Part shown: in pieces, positions 38,067 to 48,547 of the stretch
How positions within the stretch are numbered: position 1 is the stretch's first letter
Layout of the letters: each line of letters begins with the position of its first letter
The notes under the pieces: model-generated
Told to the model about the DNA's origin: nothing
Databases searched by the model: none
What the model saw: the letters and a program-made list of their open reading frames with translations, nothing else
Origin: a virus
Taxonomy: Duplodnaviria; Caudoviricetes
DNA length: 64,000 nucleotides
Reading direction: 5' to 3' (one strand)
Virus record (IMG/VR): IMGVR_UViG_3300043406_000028
Span: 12,042 to 76,041 of that record
Translations under genes and position numbers: made by a program

Positions 38067-38573
38067 ATGGAAACTGTACGCGCCGCAACGATGAGAGATT
38101 ATCAGGAATGCCTCCGGCTCTTCCTGCAAAGCCACAATGAGAACGGCCTCTTTATGCTGGCCCCAGACAAACTCCATTGGATGCTGTCTCGCTTTCTGAT
38201 GCCGGAAGCGATTCCAGAGGATGATCCTGGACTCCGGGGTATTATCGGCGTCATTGGCAAGGAGGGGGCGTTGGAGGCCCTCTGTGGCCTATGTATCTCG
38301 GATTTGTGGTACACTCACGAAAAGCACTTGGCTGATTTCTTGGTTTTTGTTGACCCTGAGTATCGGACAACCAACCACGCCAAGACGCTGATCAACTGGA
38401 TGAAGGCCCAGTCGGATATCATTGGTCTGCCTTTAATGTCCGGCGTTGTGGCTAACCACCGCACTGAAGCCAAGTGCAGGCTATTCCGCAGGATGTCACC
38501 GAAGGTGGGCGAATTGTTTCTCTATCAGCCAGGATTAACCGCAGGTTCAAGCCTGTCACAAACGGCTCATTAG
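38067..38573 (+). CDS. GNAT-like acetyltransferase in the ejection module
   Basis: VRAATMRD, DLWY...LADFLVFVDPEYR; typical position in podoviruses. Confidence 0.7.
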   Translation: METVRAATMRDYQECLRLFLQSHNENGLFMLAPDKLHWMLSRFLMPEAIPEDDPGLRGIIGVIGKEGALEALCGLCISDLWYTHEKHLADFLVFVDPEYRTTNHAKTLINWMKAQSDIIGLPLMSGVVANHRTEAKCRLFRRMSPKVGELFLYQPGLTAGSSLSQTAH

Positions 38574-38582
38574 GGGTGAGAA

Positions 38583-40742
38583 ATGGGTTCGTTTTGTACG
38601 AGCGGTCCATCCAAGCAAGTCCAGGACACAACACAAAGTTATACGGCTGACCCGCGTGTTGCGGCGGCTGGCACACAAGCCCTGGATATGGCCCAAAACT
38701 GGGCGAGCCAGCCATTCTCAGCCCCCGCTGCCCCGGTTGCCGGGCTAAACCCATTCCAGAACCAAGCTTTCGGCCAGATTCAGGGCATGCAGGGAGGTTT
38801 GCAGCCATATTTCCAGAATGCCGGTGCCGACATGACCAGGGGCGAAGCCCCTGTGACACAGGCCGAGACCGCCTCCTACATGAATCCCTACGCCGACCAA
38901 GCTCTGGCGGCGATGAAGAAGTACGTCTTCGATCCACAGCGCGTATCCACCACGGGGAGCGCAGTTCAAAGCGCGGGTGGTGTTGGCGCTGACAGGCTCG
39001 CCCTGACAAGCCAGAATCTCGACAAGACCCAGGCCGATGCCGTGGGTACGGCCCAGGCTGGATTCTATGGCCAAGCGCTCAGCGCCGCTCAAGAAGCTAA
39101 GCAAAGGGCTCTACAGTCGGCTCAGGGCTGGGCGAATCTTGGTCTTGGCAACCAAAGCGGCCAGCTTCAGGGAACCCAGGCCTTGCTCGGCGCTGGTAAT
39201 CAACAACAGGCCCAGACCCAGCGCGAACTGATGAGCCCTTATGAGCAGACTCTGGCTCGTATCGCTTATCCAGGGCAAATGGCAAGCTTCCTGTCAGGAA
39301 TAACTGGCGATATGTCGAATGTGTTCAAGGGTACTACGCAGGGTCAGAGCACAACGACCAATCAAGCTGCTACGCCCAGCATGTTCAACCAAATAGCTGG
39401 CCTTGGTATGGCCGGGGCCGGTCTGATGATGGGCAATCCCATGATGGCTATGGGCGGCCTTGGGTCCATGGGCGGCGGCATGGGTATGAGCGGCGGCGCT
39501 GGCTCTGGCTACAATCCAAATACCAACATGCCGCTTTGGTCTTCTGACGGGCAGCGCCCGCTGTATGCCGCTGGAGGGTCAGTCAATCCCTGGGATATGG
39601 GCCAGGGCTTCGCTCCAGGCGGCGATGTAGAGGAAGTCTCCCCCGACGAATATAATCGCATAGACGACCAATTGGCGCGTCCTATCGAGGGTCCAGCGCC
39701 AAACCTAGGCATGTGGCCATTCAATCGCGGCATGGCCGATGCCTCTGGCAATGTGACTATGTATCCGGAAGCCCCAGCCGCACCTATGCCGCCTGCGACG
39801 GCCCCTCCTATTGCGCCGCAGCAAAATCCTTATGGCGTCCCACCAAACGCCGGGACACTTCCTATGCCGGGTGCCTATAGAACGCCGCTCCCACCAGCTA
39901 TTCCAACTCCGGCCCCGCAGCCTACCGCTGTTGCACAAAGGCCACAGCCGCCAGACCGTATTGGTGGTTATGGCCCCCGCTCTGGTGGCATCAACTCGGA
40001 CATGAAGATCAGCGACTTCGAAATGCCGCGTGAGAATCGTCCGTACCCGGACGCCACAGACCGTGATTGGGGTCAGAATCTTGCCCGCTCACCGTGGATG
40101 AGCCTGATCCATGCCGGGCTCAAGACCGCGCAAAGCACCAAGTCTGGTGCCGCTGGTCTAGCCGAGGGCCTAGAGGCAGGGGCTACGCATCTTGATGTTC
40201 AGCGTAAGGAATTGCGCTCCGAGCAACAGATCAATCAAAGGGCCGAAGAGCTTTACCGTCACGCTAGGTCTGAGTTGAATAAGTATACTCGCAAGACCCC
40301 GCATGAATTGGCCACGGAAGGACACCAAGCCCAAGCGCTCGCGCAGGGCCGCTTCCAGCCGATCAACTACCCTGATCCTGTAACCGGTCAGCTTAGGATG
40401 GGTAACTATGATGCCAAGCGCGGCATCCTGATCGACTCTGTAACTCGTCAACCTGTGACAGACGCAGTAAGGCTTCTTGGCCGAAATGCCGGGCTGCCGA
40501 TGACAGAAGCCCAGATCGAGATGGCCGCCAAGAACCGCTTCGTCAACGAGCCTGGGAAATACGCCAGCATCGATGAGGCGAGGGAGGCCGTGAAGAAGCA
40601 GATTCAGGCCGCCCAGACCACGGGAGCATCTCAGCCTGGATCGACTGCCGAAAGCGCAATTCCGGACCCAGGCGACGGTAACAGGGTAAGCGGAACGTGG
40701 TATATCAATCCCGCGACAGGCAAGCCTGATCGCTGGAGATAG
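38583..40742 (+). CDS. DNA ejection (internal virion) protein
   Basis: Q/G/A-rich, YMNPY motif, YAAGG/FAPGG. Confidence 0.75.
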   Translation: MGSFCTSGPSKQVQDTTQSYTADPRVAAAGTQALDMAQNWASQPFSAPAAPVAGLNPFQNQAFGQIQGMQGGLQPYFQNAGADMTRGEAPVTQAETASYMNPYADQALAAMKKYVFDPQRVSTTGSAVQSAGGVGADRLALTSQNLDKTQADAVGTAQAGFYGQALSAAQEAKQRALQSAQGWANLGLGNQSGQLQGTQALLGAGNQQQAQTQRELMSPYEQTLARIAYPGQMASFLSGITGDMSNVFKGTTQGQSTTTNQAATPSMFNQIAGLGMAGAGLMMGNPMMAMGGLGSMGGGMGMSGGAGSGYNPNTNMPLWSSDGQRPLYAAGGSVNPWDMGQGFAPGGDVEEVSPDEYNRIDDQLARPIEGPAPNLGMWPFNRGMADASGNVTMYPEAPAAPMPPATAPPIAPQQNPYGVPPNAGTLPMPGAYRTPLPPAIPTPAPQPTAVAQRPQPPDRIGGYGPRSGGINSDMKISDFEMPRENRPYPDATDRDWGQNLARSPWMSLIHAGLKTAQSTKSGAAGLAEGLEAGATHLDVQRKELRSEQQINQRAEELYRHARSELNKYTRKTPHELATEGHQAQALAQGRFQPINYPDPVTGQLRMGNYDAKRGILIDSVTRQPVTDAVRLLGRNAGLPMTEAQIEMAAKNRFVNEPGKYASIDEAREAVKKQIQAAQTTGASQPGSTAESAIPDPGDGNRVSGTWYINPATGKPDRWR

Positions 40743-40745
40743 TGA

Positions 40746-43700
40746 ATGGCCTGGGAGTCTCAGGAAACAGCAGAGCCACAGCCAGCCGCTCCGGTCCAGA
40801 CCACAGGCTGGGAATCACAGTCGGCTGCGCCCAAAGCCCCAGAGCCACCCAAGCCAGAAGCCAGGGGCTGGGAATCCGACTTCACCCCAGGTCGGATGCC
40901 GGGGATTATCGAGGCGACCGGCCAGGGTGTTAAATCAGCTATTACGGGTCTGGGGCAGACCGCAACCTCGTTTAGCTCTGTGGCCCCCGAGCCGGTCAAG
41001 GAAACAAGCCCGGCAGCCGCTCCGTTCGAATGGAAGGACTTGGTTGAGCCTGTAGGGCGCGGGCTGCCCAAGGTTGCCTATCGTATGGGTAGTGCATCGC
41101 CTACGCTGGCGGCTGGTGTCGTTGGCGGCGCAGCCGGGGCCGGTCTTGGTACTTTGGCCGCCGGTCCAGCGGGCTCGGTTGCTGGCGGTATTGGCGGCGG
41201 CGTTATCGGATCTGCGGCTGGCGCTGCATTGCAGACCCTTGGTCCAAGTTTCGCCGATGAGCTTAAGAAGAGCCCAAACGATCCCAACGGGGCTTGGGAC
41301 AGGGCCATAAAGCAGGCTGAAATCTCCGGAGCTTTCTCCGGTGCCTCGTGGGCCGCTTTCCCCGTCAGATTCTTTCAAGGCCCGGTCAAGCAACTGGCTT
41401 TCCAGGCTTTCGGCGTTCAGCCAGCGATTGGGGTCGCCGAGCAAGCCACTAAGAATGTCGTTGCTGATAAACCAATCACCGAAAATCTCGGCCATGCTTA
41501 TGTCGAAGGCGCTGTGGGTACAGCGGTCCCGGCTTTTGGCCACGCAGTAGTATCCGGCGGATTAAGAGCAAAGCCACCCGTGGCTGAGCCACCACCAACC
41601 CCAGCCCAGATCTTTCTCAAGAACGAGGCCCAGAATAAACGCACTCAGGCCGATGCCGTCGAAGCTATGGGCACCCTCCCAGGCGTGACGCCAGCCGATA
41701 AGTGGGCCTTTACCAAACAGGCTGACGAGATCAGACAACAAGCAAATCATGATGATTTCCAGGCAAGTCTGCCAACTGACCCGATTAAGAACCGGAAGGG
41801 CCTAGCCAAGACCTGGGTGGAGAACTTCCAGCCTGAACTCGTCAGCGATAAGGCCCTCAAGACCGAGCCGTTGTTCGCCAAGTTCAAGTCTGGCGTGGCC
41901 CAGATGAAGGATGCCGTCATCGCGAGGGCGGAAGAGAACTACTACCGCTGGAATAAGGTGCCGTTCGGTGACACCCGGCGCTTCCTTGAAGCCTATGAGA
42001 CTGGACAAGCCATACCCCCTGACCTCATGACCAGACATCCATGGATGCAGGAGCGGGCGGATAAGTATCGTGAGTGGCTGAAGCAGGCTTACGAGGACGA
42101 GAATCGTTCGGGCTCGAAGGCTGCATTCTTCGAGGATTACTTCCCTCACATCTGGAAGGATCCGGCGGCGGCCCGCAAGGTCTTCCAGAATGCGAATCTG
42201 CCGCAAGCTCTTGGGCCAAAGTGGTTCCAGAAGGCGCGCTATTACGACCTGATCGAACATGGCATCCAGAATGGATTGGAGCTTAAGTCCAGGAACCCGG
42301 AGGACCTCGTGGCCATGCGCCTTGTCTCTGGCGCTGACATGCGGGCTAAACAGGACCTTCTTGGTGAACTCCACGCTAATGGAGTGGCCGTGCCGACCAA
42401 GGATGCGCCGCCTCATATCCTGAACCCTGGGCGGGGCGACCCTCATCCATGGAAGGAAGTCACCGCACCAAACAGCACCAAATGGATGATCGCTCCTGAC
42501 GTTCAGCCATTGTGGGAGCATGCCGTTGTAGCCAAGGGTCTATGGGCCAACGAGGCATTGCCTGGAACGCTCTTCCACAAATGGATGACCCTGAAGAACG
42601 CATGGGTGCCGATCAAGCTTGGCCTCAGCCTGTTCCACCCGGTCCACGTTGCTCACATCAGCGTCAGCAACAATATCTCCCGCGCCCTTGGCGAAACCTT
42701 TGGCAAAGGCCAGCAAAGCCTGGGCCGTAGGTTTGCGGCGTTGCCTGAGGCGGTCGCGCAATCGGTGATGGACACCGCTTTGGCTCTGCCGATTGGGACT
42801 CCATACAAGGGCAAGGAGCTTCGCCGGGCTTGGATGACGACACAGGACAAGCAAACTCCGCAGCAAAAGGCCGATGTGAAGCTGATGAACGAGGCTGGCA
42901 TTAGTGCCCAACTTCCAGAACAGATGCGGATTGCCGCCAAGCGCGACTTCCACAACGCCATCAACGATGGGAAATACCTGAAGGCGATCTACCCAGGCGT
43001 TCGCCGTGGCATGGAAAAGGCCACGGGGTGGATCTTCGAGCAATGGATTCCGAATCTCAAGGTCGCCGCCGTCAAGCGTGAGGCCGAAACTTTGTTCAGA
43101 CGGAACCCATCCCTGTTGAACGATCCAGCGCGGCGCATGACGGCGATGCGCGCTATCGGCAAACAGGTCGATAACCGCTTCGGCGAGATGTTCTACGGCA
43201 GCCTGTTCTGGAACAGGACCGTCAAGGACGCATCGATTGGTTCGTTCCTGTCACTCGGCTGGAATCTAGGCTTTGCCAGAGAGTTCATCGGCGGTGCGCT
43301 GGAGCCAGCGGCCCGGCGGATGATTGATGCCCCAACGCCAACCCGGCAACTGATCCGCGACACCACCAACAAGGGCACCAACGCCTTCATCTATGCCTTC
43401 ACGGCAATGTCCATCAACGCCATCATCAACAAGTCCATGACGGGGGAGAATCCGGATGGCATGGACTATATTTTCCCGCGTATTGGCGGCCTTAACCCTG
43501 ATGGCTCTCCGCGCCGCATTTCAAATCCATTTTATACGCGCGAAGTACCGATGGCTACAAAGAACATCGAGGAACGGCAGTCCGTAGTTGGCGGCCTATC
43601 CCAGATGCTCTATCACAAGCTGATGTTCGCTCCGTTTGTCGAGATGGGAACCAACCGTGATTACTTTGGTCGCCAGATTTACGACGAGAACGCGCCTGGA

Positions 43701-44276
43701 TTCAAACAGGTCTATCAGTTCGGCAAGCATCTCCTGGGAGAGCAACTGAACCCAATGTCTATATCGGGCGCGAAGAAGGCTTTGGAGCTTTCCGGCAAGC
43801 CGCACACCACTCTCGATGTGTTCAAGCAGATTACAGACCCGGACGTTTACGCACCGATTATGGGATTTGGTCCTGCTCCGGCCTATGCGTCGAAGTCCGA
43901 AATACAGAACCGCATCTCGTTCCTGTATAACAAATACGTCGCGCCAAGCTCCAAGCCATACACCGAATCCGAGAATGCCAAGGAACGTATGGAGGCGCGC
44001 ACCGCGTATCTCATGGCCCAGCAGAAGGGCGATAGAGAGAAGATCCAGGCTGCGGCCAAGAAGATGGCTGAGTTGGGCGTCAAGGGTCAGAACATCGTCA
44101 AGATGCGTCCAGGTGGGAACATGGAGTATATGTTCCAGAGACTGCCTGAGTCCCAGCAGATCGACCTGATGAAGAAGATGACCCAAACCGAGTTCAAGGA
44201 GTTCTATCCGAAGGCCAGCCGCAAATCGCGCGGCGACCCTGAAATCAGGCTATTGTCGCAATTCTACTATAGGTGA
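40746..44276 (+). CDS. large internal virion/ejection protein
   Basis: 1176 aa, helical, Gly-rich hydrophobic segment, last gene before the lysis module. Confidence 0.7.
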   Translation: MAWESQETAEPQPAAPVQTTGWESQSAAPKAPEPPKPEARGWESDFTPGRMPGIIEATGQGVKSAITGLGQTATSFSSVAPEPVKETSPAAAPFEWKDLVEPVGRGLPKVAYRMGSASPTLAAGVVGGAAGAGLGTLAAGPAGSVAGGIGGGVIGSAAGAALQTLGPSFADELKKSPNDPNGAWDRAIKQAEISGAFSGASWAAFPVRFFQGPVKQLAFQAFGVQPAIGVAEQATKNVVADKPITENLGHAYVEGAVGTAVPAFGHAVVSGGLRAKPPVAEPPPTPAQIFLKNEAQNKRTQADAVEAMGTLPGVTPADKWAFTKQADEIRQQANHDDFQASLPTDPIKNRKGLAKTWVENFQPELVSDKALKTEPLFAKFKSGVAQMKDAVIARAEENYYRWNKVPFGDTRRFLEAYETGQAIPPDLMTRHPWMQERADKYREWLKQAYEDENRSGSKAAFFEDYFPHIWKDPAAARKVFQNANLPQALGPKWFQKARYYDLIEHGIQNGLELKSRNPEDLVAMRLVSGADMRAKQDLLGELHANGVAVPTKDAPPHILNPGRGDPHPWKEVTAPNSTKWMIAPDVQPLWEHAVVAKGLWANEALPGTLFHKWMTLKNAWVPIKLGLSLFHPVHVAHISVSNNISRALGETFGKGQQSLGRRFAALPEAVAQSVMDTALALPIGTPYKGKELRRAWMTTQDKQTPQQKADVKLMNEAGISAQLPEQMRIAAKRDFHNAINDGKYLKAIYPGVRRGMEKATGWIFEQWIPNLKVAAVKREAETLFRRNPSLLNDPARRMTAMRAIGKQVDNRFGEMFYGSLFWNRTVKDASIGSFLSLGWNLGFAREFIGGALEPAARRMIDAPTPTRQLIRDTTNKGTNAFIYAFTAMSINAIINKSMTGENPDGMDYIFPRIGGLNPDGSPRRISNPFYTREVPMATKNIEERQSVVGGLSQMLYHKLMFAPFVEMGTNRDYFGRQIYDENAPGFKQVYQFGKHLLGEQLNPMSISGAKKALELSGKPHTTLDVFKQITDPDVYAPIMGFGPAPAYASKSEIQNRISFLYNKYVAPSSKPYTESENAKERMEARTAYLMAQQKGDREKIQAAAKKMAELGVKGQNIVKMRPGGNMEYMFQRLPESQQIDLMKKMTQTEFKEFYPKASRKSRGDPEIRLLSQFYYR

Positions 44277-44279
44277 TCA

Positions 44280-44864
44280 ATGAGCGCGGGCATCGATGTT
44301 CTTTTCCGACAGAGGGTCCTGGCTTGTTCTGGCCTGAATCCAGGCCCCCTGGATGGCCGGTGGGGTCCTAAGACAGACGCGGCAGACAAAGCCTTCCATG
44401 CCGAATATCTGCGGCTACAGACGGTCGGCGGGACCTTTGATCCCCGCACCGAGAAAGCCATTGAGACCCTGCTATTGCAGGCCCAGGCCAAGGCCAGAGA
44501 CTTTATGCGGGTGGCTGGTCCAACCTGTAAGCTTCTATCCGGAACCCGCACCTACGCCGAGCAGGATGCCTTATTCAACCAAAGGCCGGTGGTTACCAAG
44601 GCTCGTGGAGGCCAATCCAACCACAACTTCGGTATTGCCTGGGATGTCGGGATTTTCCTCAATGGCCATTACCTGACTGGGGCCACTCATTCGGAAGAGG
44701 CCGCTTACGATGCCTTGGCCCAGAAGATAAAGGCCAACATTCAAGGACTTGAATGGGGCGGGGATTGGCGGTCAATCGTCGATAAACCGCATTATCAGCT
44801 AGTGACCGGGAAGACGACTTCCCAGGTGCGCGTTGCCTTTGAATCTGGTAAGCCTTTTGTCTGA
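44280..44864 (+). CDS. endolysin, M15 (L-Ala-D-Glu) peptidase with N-terminal peptidoglycan-binding motif
   Basis: DGRWGPKT; RTYAEQ, SNHNFGIAWD, WGGDW, DKPHYQ. Confidence 0.9.
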   Translation: MSAGIDVLFRQRVLACSGLNPGPLDGRWGPKTDAADKAFHAEYLRLQTVGGTFDPRTEKAIETLLLQAQAKARDFMRVAGPTCKLLSGTRTYAEQDALFNQRPVVTKARGGQSNHNFGIAWDVGIFLNGHYLTGATHSEEAAYDALAQKIKANIQGLEWGGDWRSIVDKPHYQLVTGKTTSQVRVAFESGKPFV

Positions 44865-44881
44865 ACCGTTTAGGAGGGGAA

Positions 44882-45205
44882 ATGCCCACATTCAATATCC
44901 AGATGCTGACCAACATCCTGGCGTCAGCATTGACCGCAACGGTCGCCTCCTGGCTCTCCTACCTTGCCGCATGGTCTCACTTCTCCAGTGAGAGCAACAC
45001 GGCCCTGGCTACCGTTATTGCCGCAGGAATGGCCATCATGGTAGGGCAAATCCTCACAATCGTCATCAACCGGTGGAGCGTTATTGCCAACAATATGGCA
45101 CAAGATGGCACCAAGGTTGTGACCACGACCCAGGCCCAGGCCGACTTAGTTCCAAACAATCCCAACGTGATGGGTCCTCAAGACGCAAAGGTGATCAAGC
45201 AATGA
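44882..45205 (+). CDS. holin-like membrane protein
   Basis: Two hydrophobic helices; follows the endolysin. Confidence 0.6.
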   Translation: MPTFNIQMLTNILASALTATVASWLSYLAAWSHFSSESNTALATVIAAGMAIMVGQILTIVINRWSVIANNMAQDGTKVVTTTQAQADLVPNNPNVMGPQDAKVIKQ

Positions 45206-45612
45206 AGAAGATTCTAGCGGTTCTCGCTGTCTCGTTTGCTCTTTCCGGCTGCGCCCAGCTTGGGCAGATTGTTTCAACAGCAACCACTACGATTACGAAT
45301 CCGGTCAATGCGGTCGATATCTACCGGGTCAAGAACGTCTATGCAGCAACCCTCCAAGCTGCCGAGGATTGGCGGATATTCTGCTGGGCCAAGCCTTATG
45401 CAGCTATCATGGCTGATCCAATAGCCAAACCCATCTGTCAGCATCGCCGACCTTGGCTCCGCGCCATCCAGGCTGCCCAGGTCAAGGCAAGCTCGGCGGT
45501 CACGAGCGCCACGGCCTTCGTCCGAAACTACCCGACCCTGGATGCCTCTACCGCGATTGCAGCCGCATGGGCCGCAGTTAATGATTTCAAGAACGCCGTA
45601 CCGGCCAAGTAA
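45202..45612 (+). CDS. lipoprotein (spanin-like, uncertain)
   Basis: MKKILAVLAVSFALSGC lipobox. Confidence 0.7.
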   Translation: MKKILAVLAVSFALSGCAQLGQIVSTATTTITNPVNAVDIYRVKNVYAATLQAAEDWRIFCWAKPYAAIMADPIAKPICQHRRPWLRAIQAAQVKASSAVTSATAFVRNYPTLDASTAIAAAWAAVNDFKNAVPAK

Positions 45613-45623
45613 GGAAACAGACA

Positions 45624-45932
45624 ATGGCAACCATCTCAGACATTCTCGAAGCCATCGACAAGGCCATGGGCGTGGTCAAGACCATCGCTGATACGCCTGG
45701 GGTTAACCTGATTCCATACGTCAGCACCCTGTCCGGTGTGATCGGAACAGTCCACGCGGCCTATACAGCGGGTAAAAACATCGAGCCCTATATCCAGGCC
45801 ATCAGCGATACATTCACGAAGCCAGGAATGCCTACCGAGGCTGATATGGCTGCCCTGGATGCCAAGATCGCTGATCTTGAAGCCCAGATTCAAGCTCCGC
45901 TTCCGCCCAAGGAAGACGGCGAAGAAGACTAA
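45624..45932 (+). CDS. hypothetical lysis-module protein
   Basis: AAGGA SD; amphipathic helices. Confidence 0.65.
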   Translation: MATISDILEAIDKAMGVVKTIADTPGVNLIPYVSTLSGVIGTVHAAYTAGKNIEPYIQAISDTFTKPGMPTEADMAALDAKIADLEAQIQAPLPPKEDGEED

Positions 45933-45962
45933 GGGCTTCAATGGGTCACGGTAGCGCCGGAA

Positions 45963-46172
45963 ATGCAAAAATCCAAGGATGATGGAGAAGCAGACCCGTG
46001 GACCCAGTACGAATTGAACCTCCTGCACGAAATGGTGCGGGAGTACGACAGGGCCAAGTGGTTCAAGGGTCAGCTATGGTGGTGGGGCGGCTGGGTTCTC
46101 GGACTCCCAGCACTTGCCCTTACAATCTGGGAACCACTTGTCCGCTTATGGAAATCGTTGAAGGGCGGCTGA
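45963..46172 (+). CDS. small membrane protein
   Basis: Single C-terminal TM segment. Confidence 0.6.
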   Translation: MQKSKDDGEADPWTQYELNLLHEMVREYDRAKWFKGQLWWWGGWVLGLPALALTIWEPLVRLWKSLKGG

Positions 46173-46246
46173 TGTATCGCAATGAGATCCTCAAATGGTC
46201 CAGGATATCCGCAGTTGTCCTCGGAATCGCGGTATCGATCAGCAGC

Positions 46247-46516
46247 CTAGTTATCGTTTACCATTAGGCGGATGATCCCACCCCTACTGTTGATCCGCTT
46301 CGGCTTGATGACCTTGTTGATGTAGTGGATGGTCGTTCTGAGGATCGTCTCCGATCCACAGGCCGCAAAGAACTTCTCGATCATTTCCTCTTTCTTGACC
46401 CCCTTCGGCCCAGCCTTAGCGATATAGTCGTAGACCGCCCGCCGCTTGAACGACATAGGCAGATGCTCTGGCTCTGGATGGGCCATCTGGGTTCCGCAGT
46501 ACGGGCATCTGAACAT
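46247..46516 (-). CDS. Zn-ribbon plus winged-HTH-like protein
   Basis: CPYCG; RTTIHYINKVIK. Confidence 0.65.
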   Translation of the reverse strand: MFRCPYCGTQMAHPEPEHLPMSFKRRAVYDYIAKAGPKGVKKEEMIEKFFAACGSETILRTTIHYINKVIKPKRINSRGGIIRLMVNDN

Positions 46517-46833
46517 TAGAGTCTAAGCTCGGCTCGGGCGTTGGCTTCGCGCCCCTGATTCTCATGGAATCGCATCTTCTCGACTTCCATCTTGACCTTG
46601 GCAAGATTGGCTACCCTCCGGGCCTCGACGATTTTCTCCACATGCTCCATCCATCCCGGAGATGCCTTAATGGTCTGCTCCGCCCTATTAACAGGGATGT
46701 CTCCGAGTTGAGCTTGCCGCTGAGCCATTACGAGGCTCTTAGTTTCCTCCAGAATCTGGGCAGCGTTCTCTCGGTCTACCCATTCTTCTGCTGCAAGTCT
46801 GAAGTTTTCTGAGAAGTGGAATTCGTTGCTCAT
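46516..46833 (-). CDS. coiled-coil hypothetical protein
   Basis: 105 aa, coupled to neighbours. Confidence 0.65.
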   Translation of the reverse strand: MSNEFHFSENFRLAAEEWVDRENAAQILEETKSLVMAQRQAQLGDIPVNRAEQTIKASPGWMEHVEKIVEARRVANLAKVKMEVEKMRFHENQGREANARAELRL

Positions 46834-47229
46834 TTATCCCAACCAGATAGCTAGAGCGCATGATCCGAATAGAAGCGGGGCCACGATAACAGATGGCCAG
46901 TAGAGCCCGATGAACTCTTTCATCAGAAGCCATTTCCGGAAACGGTGTAGCCAAAGATACAGATGGCTAGTACGGCCCCAGCAATCCATACAGCACACCA
47001 GCCGGTGGCTTTAACCAGAGTTACGGCTCTATCACTAACCGTAACGTCACTTACTCCGAGCTTCATCTTCATCGTTTTTTACCTTTGCTAGGTTAATGAT
47101 TGATGCTTGAGATTTATCAAGCATCATGGCGGCGACATACGAAGTATCCGCCGAACCCCTGAACCGTTCTGGGTGAGGCCGGAATGAGTCCCAAAGCTTA
47201 TCAAGGATTCGGCGGATCATTGTTTGTCC

Positions 47230-48543
47230 TTAGTTGGATGTTGGACGGGCGCGTGGCAACGGGATGCTAGAGCCGCCCGGCTGCATGGTGATGTCCAAGG
47301 CCAAATCCTTGGCGGTCTTTGCCGTCAGGAGGTTGATCAGATCACCCGCATTGGTGTTCTGAGAGCCACCACCGCCCATGACCACGGAAGGCACAAACGC
47401 CGTCCCGCGCAATGCCTCGAAGATCTTAGGCATGACGTTGGTATAGGCAGCAAGCTTGGCTTCCAGAGCGCCGTCAGCCTCGATGACGAGCTTCTTACGT
47501 GCCGATTCGCCCTCACCCAGCAGGATTTGCTGGAGCTTGGTCTGCTCGGCAGCCTTACGGTCCAGATCAGCAACGGCAAGGCGTTGTGCGCCCTGGGTCT
47601 CAGCCACCTCCTTGTCACGGGAGGCGTTGGTCACCTGGACCTGCTTCTCGCGGTCGGCTTGAATGAGCGCAACCTGACGCTCTTGGTCGGCTCTCGTGGT
47701 CTCGGTGGCCTTGATGGTCTCCTGCTTCCACTTGGCCTCCGTGGCGTTGGCTCGACCGTTGGCCTCCGCCGTCAGAGCGCGCTGCTCTGCCAACACCTTG
47801 TCGGCGACGGACGTTTGCACGTTCATCGTGATGGCCTGCTGTTGCTTGATCTGCTGCTCAATCGCAGGGTCATAAGCAATCCGGTTTACGATGAACTGAT
47901 AGCAACGTAGACCGAAGGCGCTGATGGTGGACTTTTCCTGACGCTCAGGATTCCCATCCTTGCCGATGACGATTTCAGCCGCGATGACTTCCTTACTTTC
48001 GTTGGTCACCGGGTCCTTGATCCACTCTCGCTTCTGACGAGTGCGGTAGGGTCCGTTCTGGACTTGATCCGTAACGTAGTGGATCAGGTCATTCTTCTTC
48101 TCGGCGTAGGATTCCCGAGACGACATGAGGGTGCCGACAAGATAGATCGCACCTTCGGTCGAGGTCTTGACCAGACCAGACTCGACAAGCTCCTGAGTCG
48201 GGAATTTCCGATGCATGGAGGTCAGGGTATCGATATCGCCTGGAAGCTCGCATTGAATCGATCCGAAGATCGTCCCATGTCCGCCGTCATTGAACTGGAC
48301 GTTGTAACCCTTCTCACGGAAGTCATACATCATCCGAATGTCGTAGGCCGTGACATTGCCGAAGCCCTGCCAAGCAACGCCGGGCTTGATCTGCCAGTTC
48401 AGGTCACCGGCAACCGGGCTTTGAATGACAACGTACTTGTTGGCTGGGACGTTTTCCCAGATCATTCCTGCGGCTAGGAGAGTGCAGACCGCGCTGGCAG
48501 CAACAAAGATTCCGATGCCAGCTTTAATTGGAGAGATACTCAT
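47230..48543 (-). CDS. SPFH/band-7 (flotillin-like) membrane protein
   Basis: N-terminal TM, VQFNDGGHG, A/E/Q-rich coiled coil; GGAGA SD at ATG 48543. Confidence 0.8.
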   Translation of the reverse strand: MSISPIKAGIGIFVAASAVCTLLAAGMIWENVPANKYVVIQSPVAGDLNWQIKPGVAWQGFGNVTAYDIRMMYDFREKGYNVQFNDGGHGTIFGSIQCELPGDIDTLTSMHRKFPTQELVESGLVKTSTEGAIYLVGTLMSSRESYAEKKNDLIHYVTDQVQNGPYRTRQKREWIKDPVTNESKEVIAAEIVIGKDGNPERQEKSTISAFGLRCYQFIVNRIAYDPAIEQQIKQQQAITMNVQTSVADKVLAEQRALTAEANGRANATEAKWKQETIKATETTRADQERQVALIQADREKQVQVTNASRDKEVAETQGAQRLAVADLDRKAAEQTKLQQILLGEGESARKKLVIEADGALEAKLAAYTNVMPKIFEALRGTAFVPSVVMGGGGSQNTNAGDLINLLTAKTAKDLALDITMQPGGSSIPLPRARPTSN

Positions 48544-48547
48544 CGTT

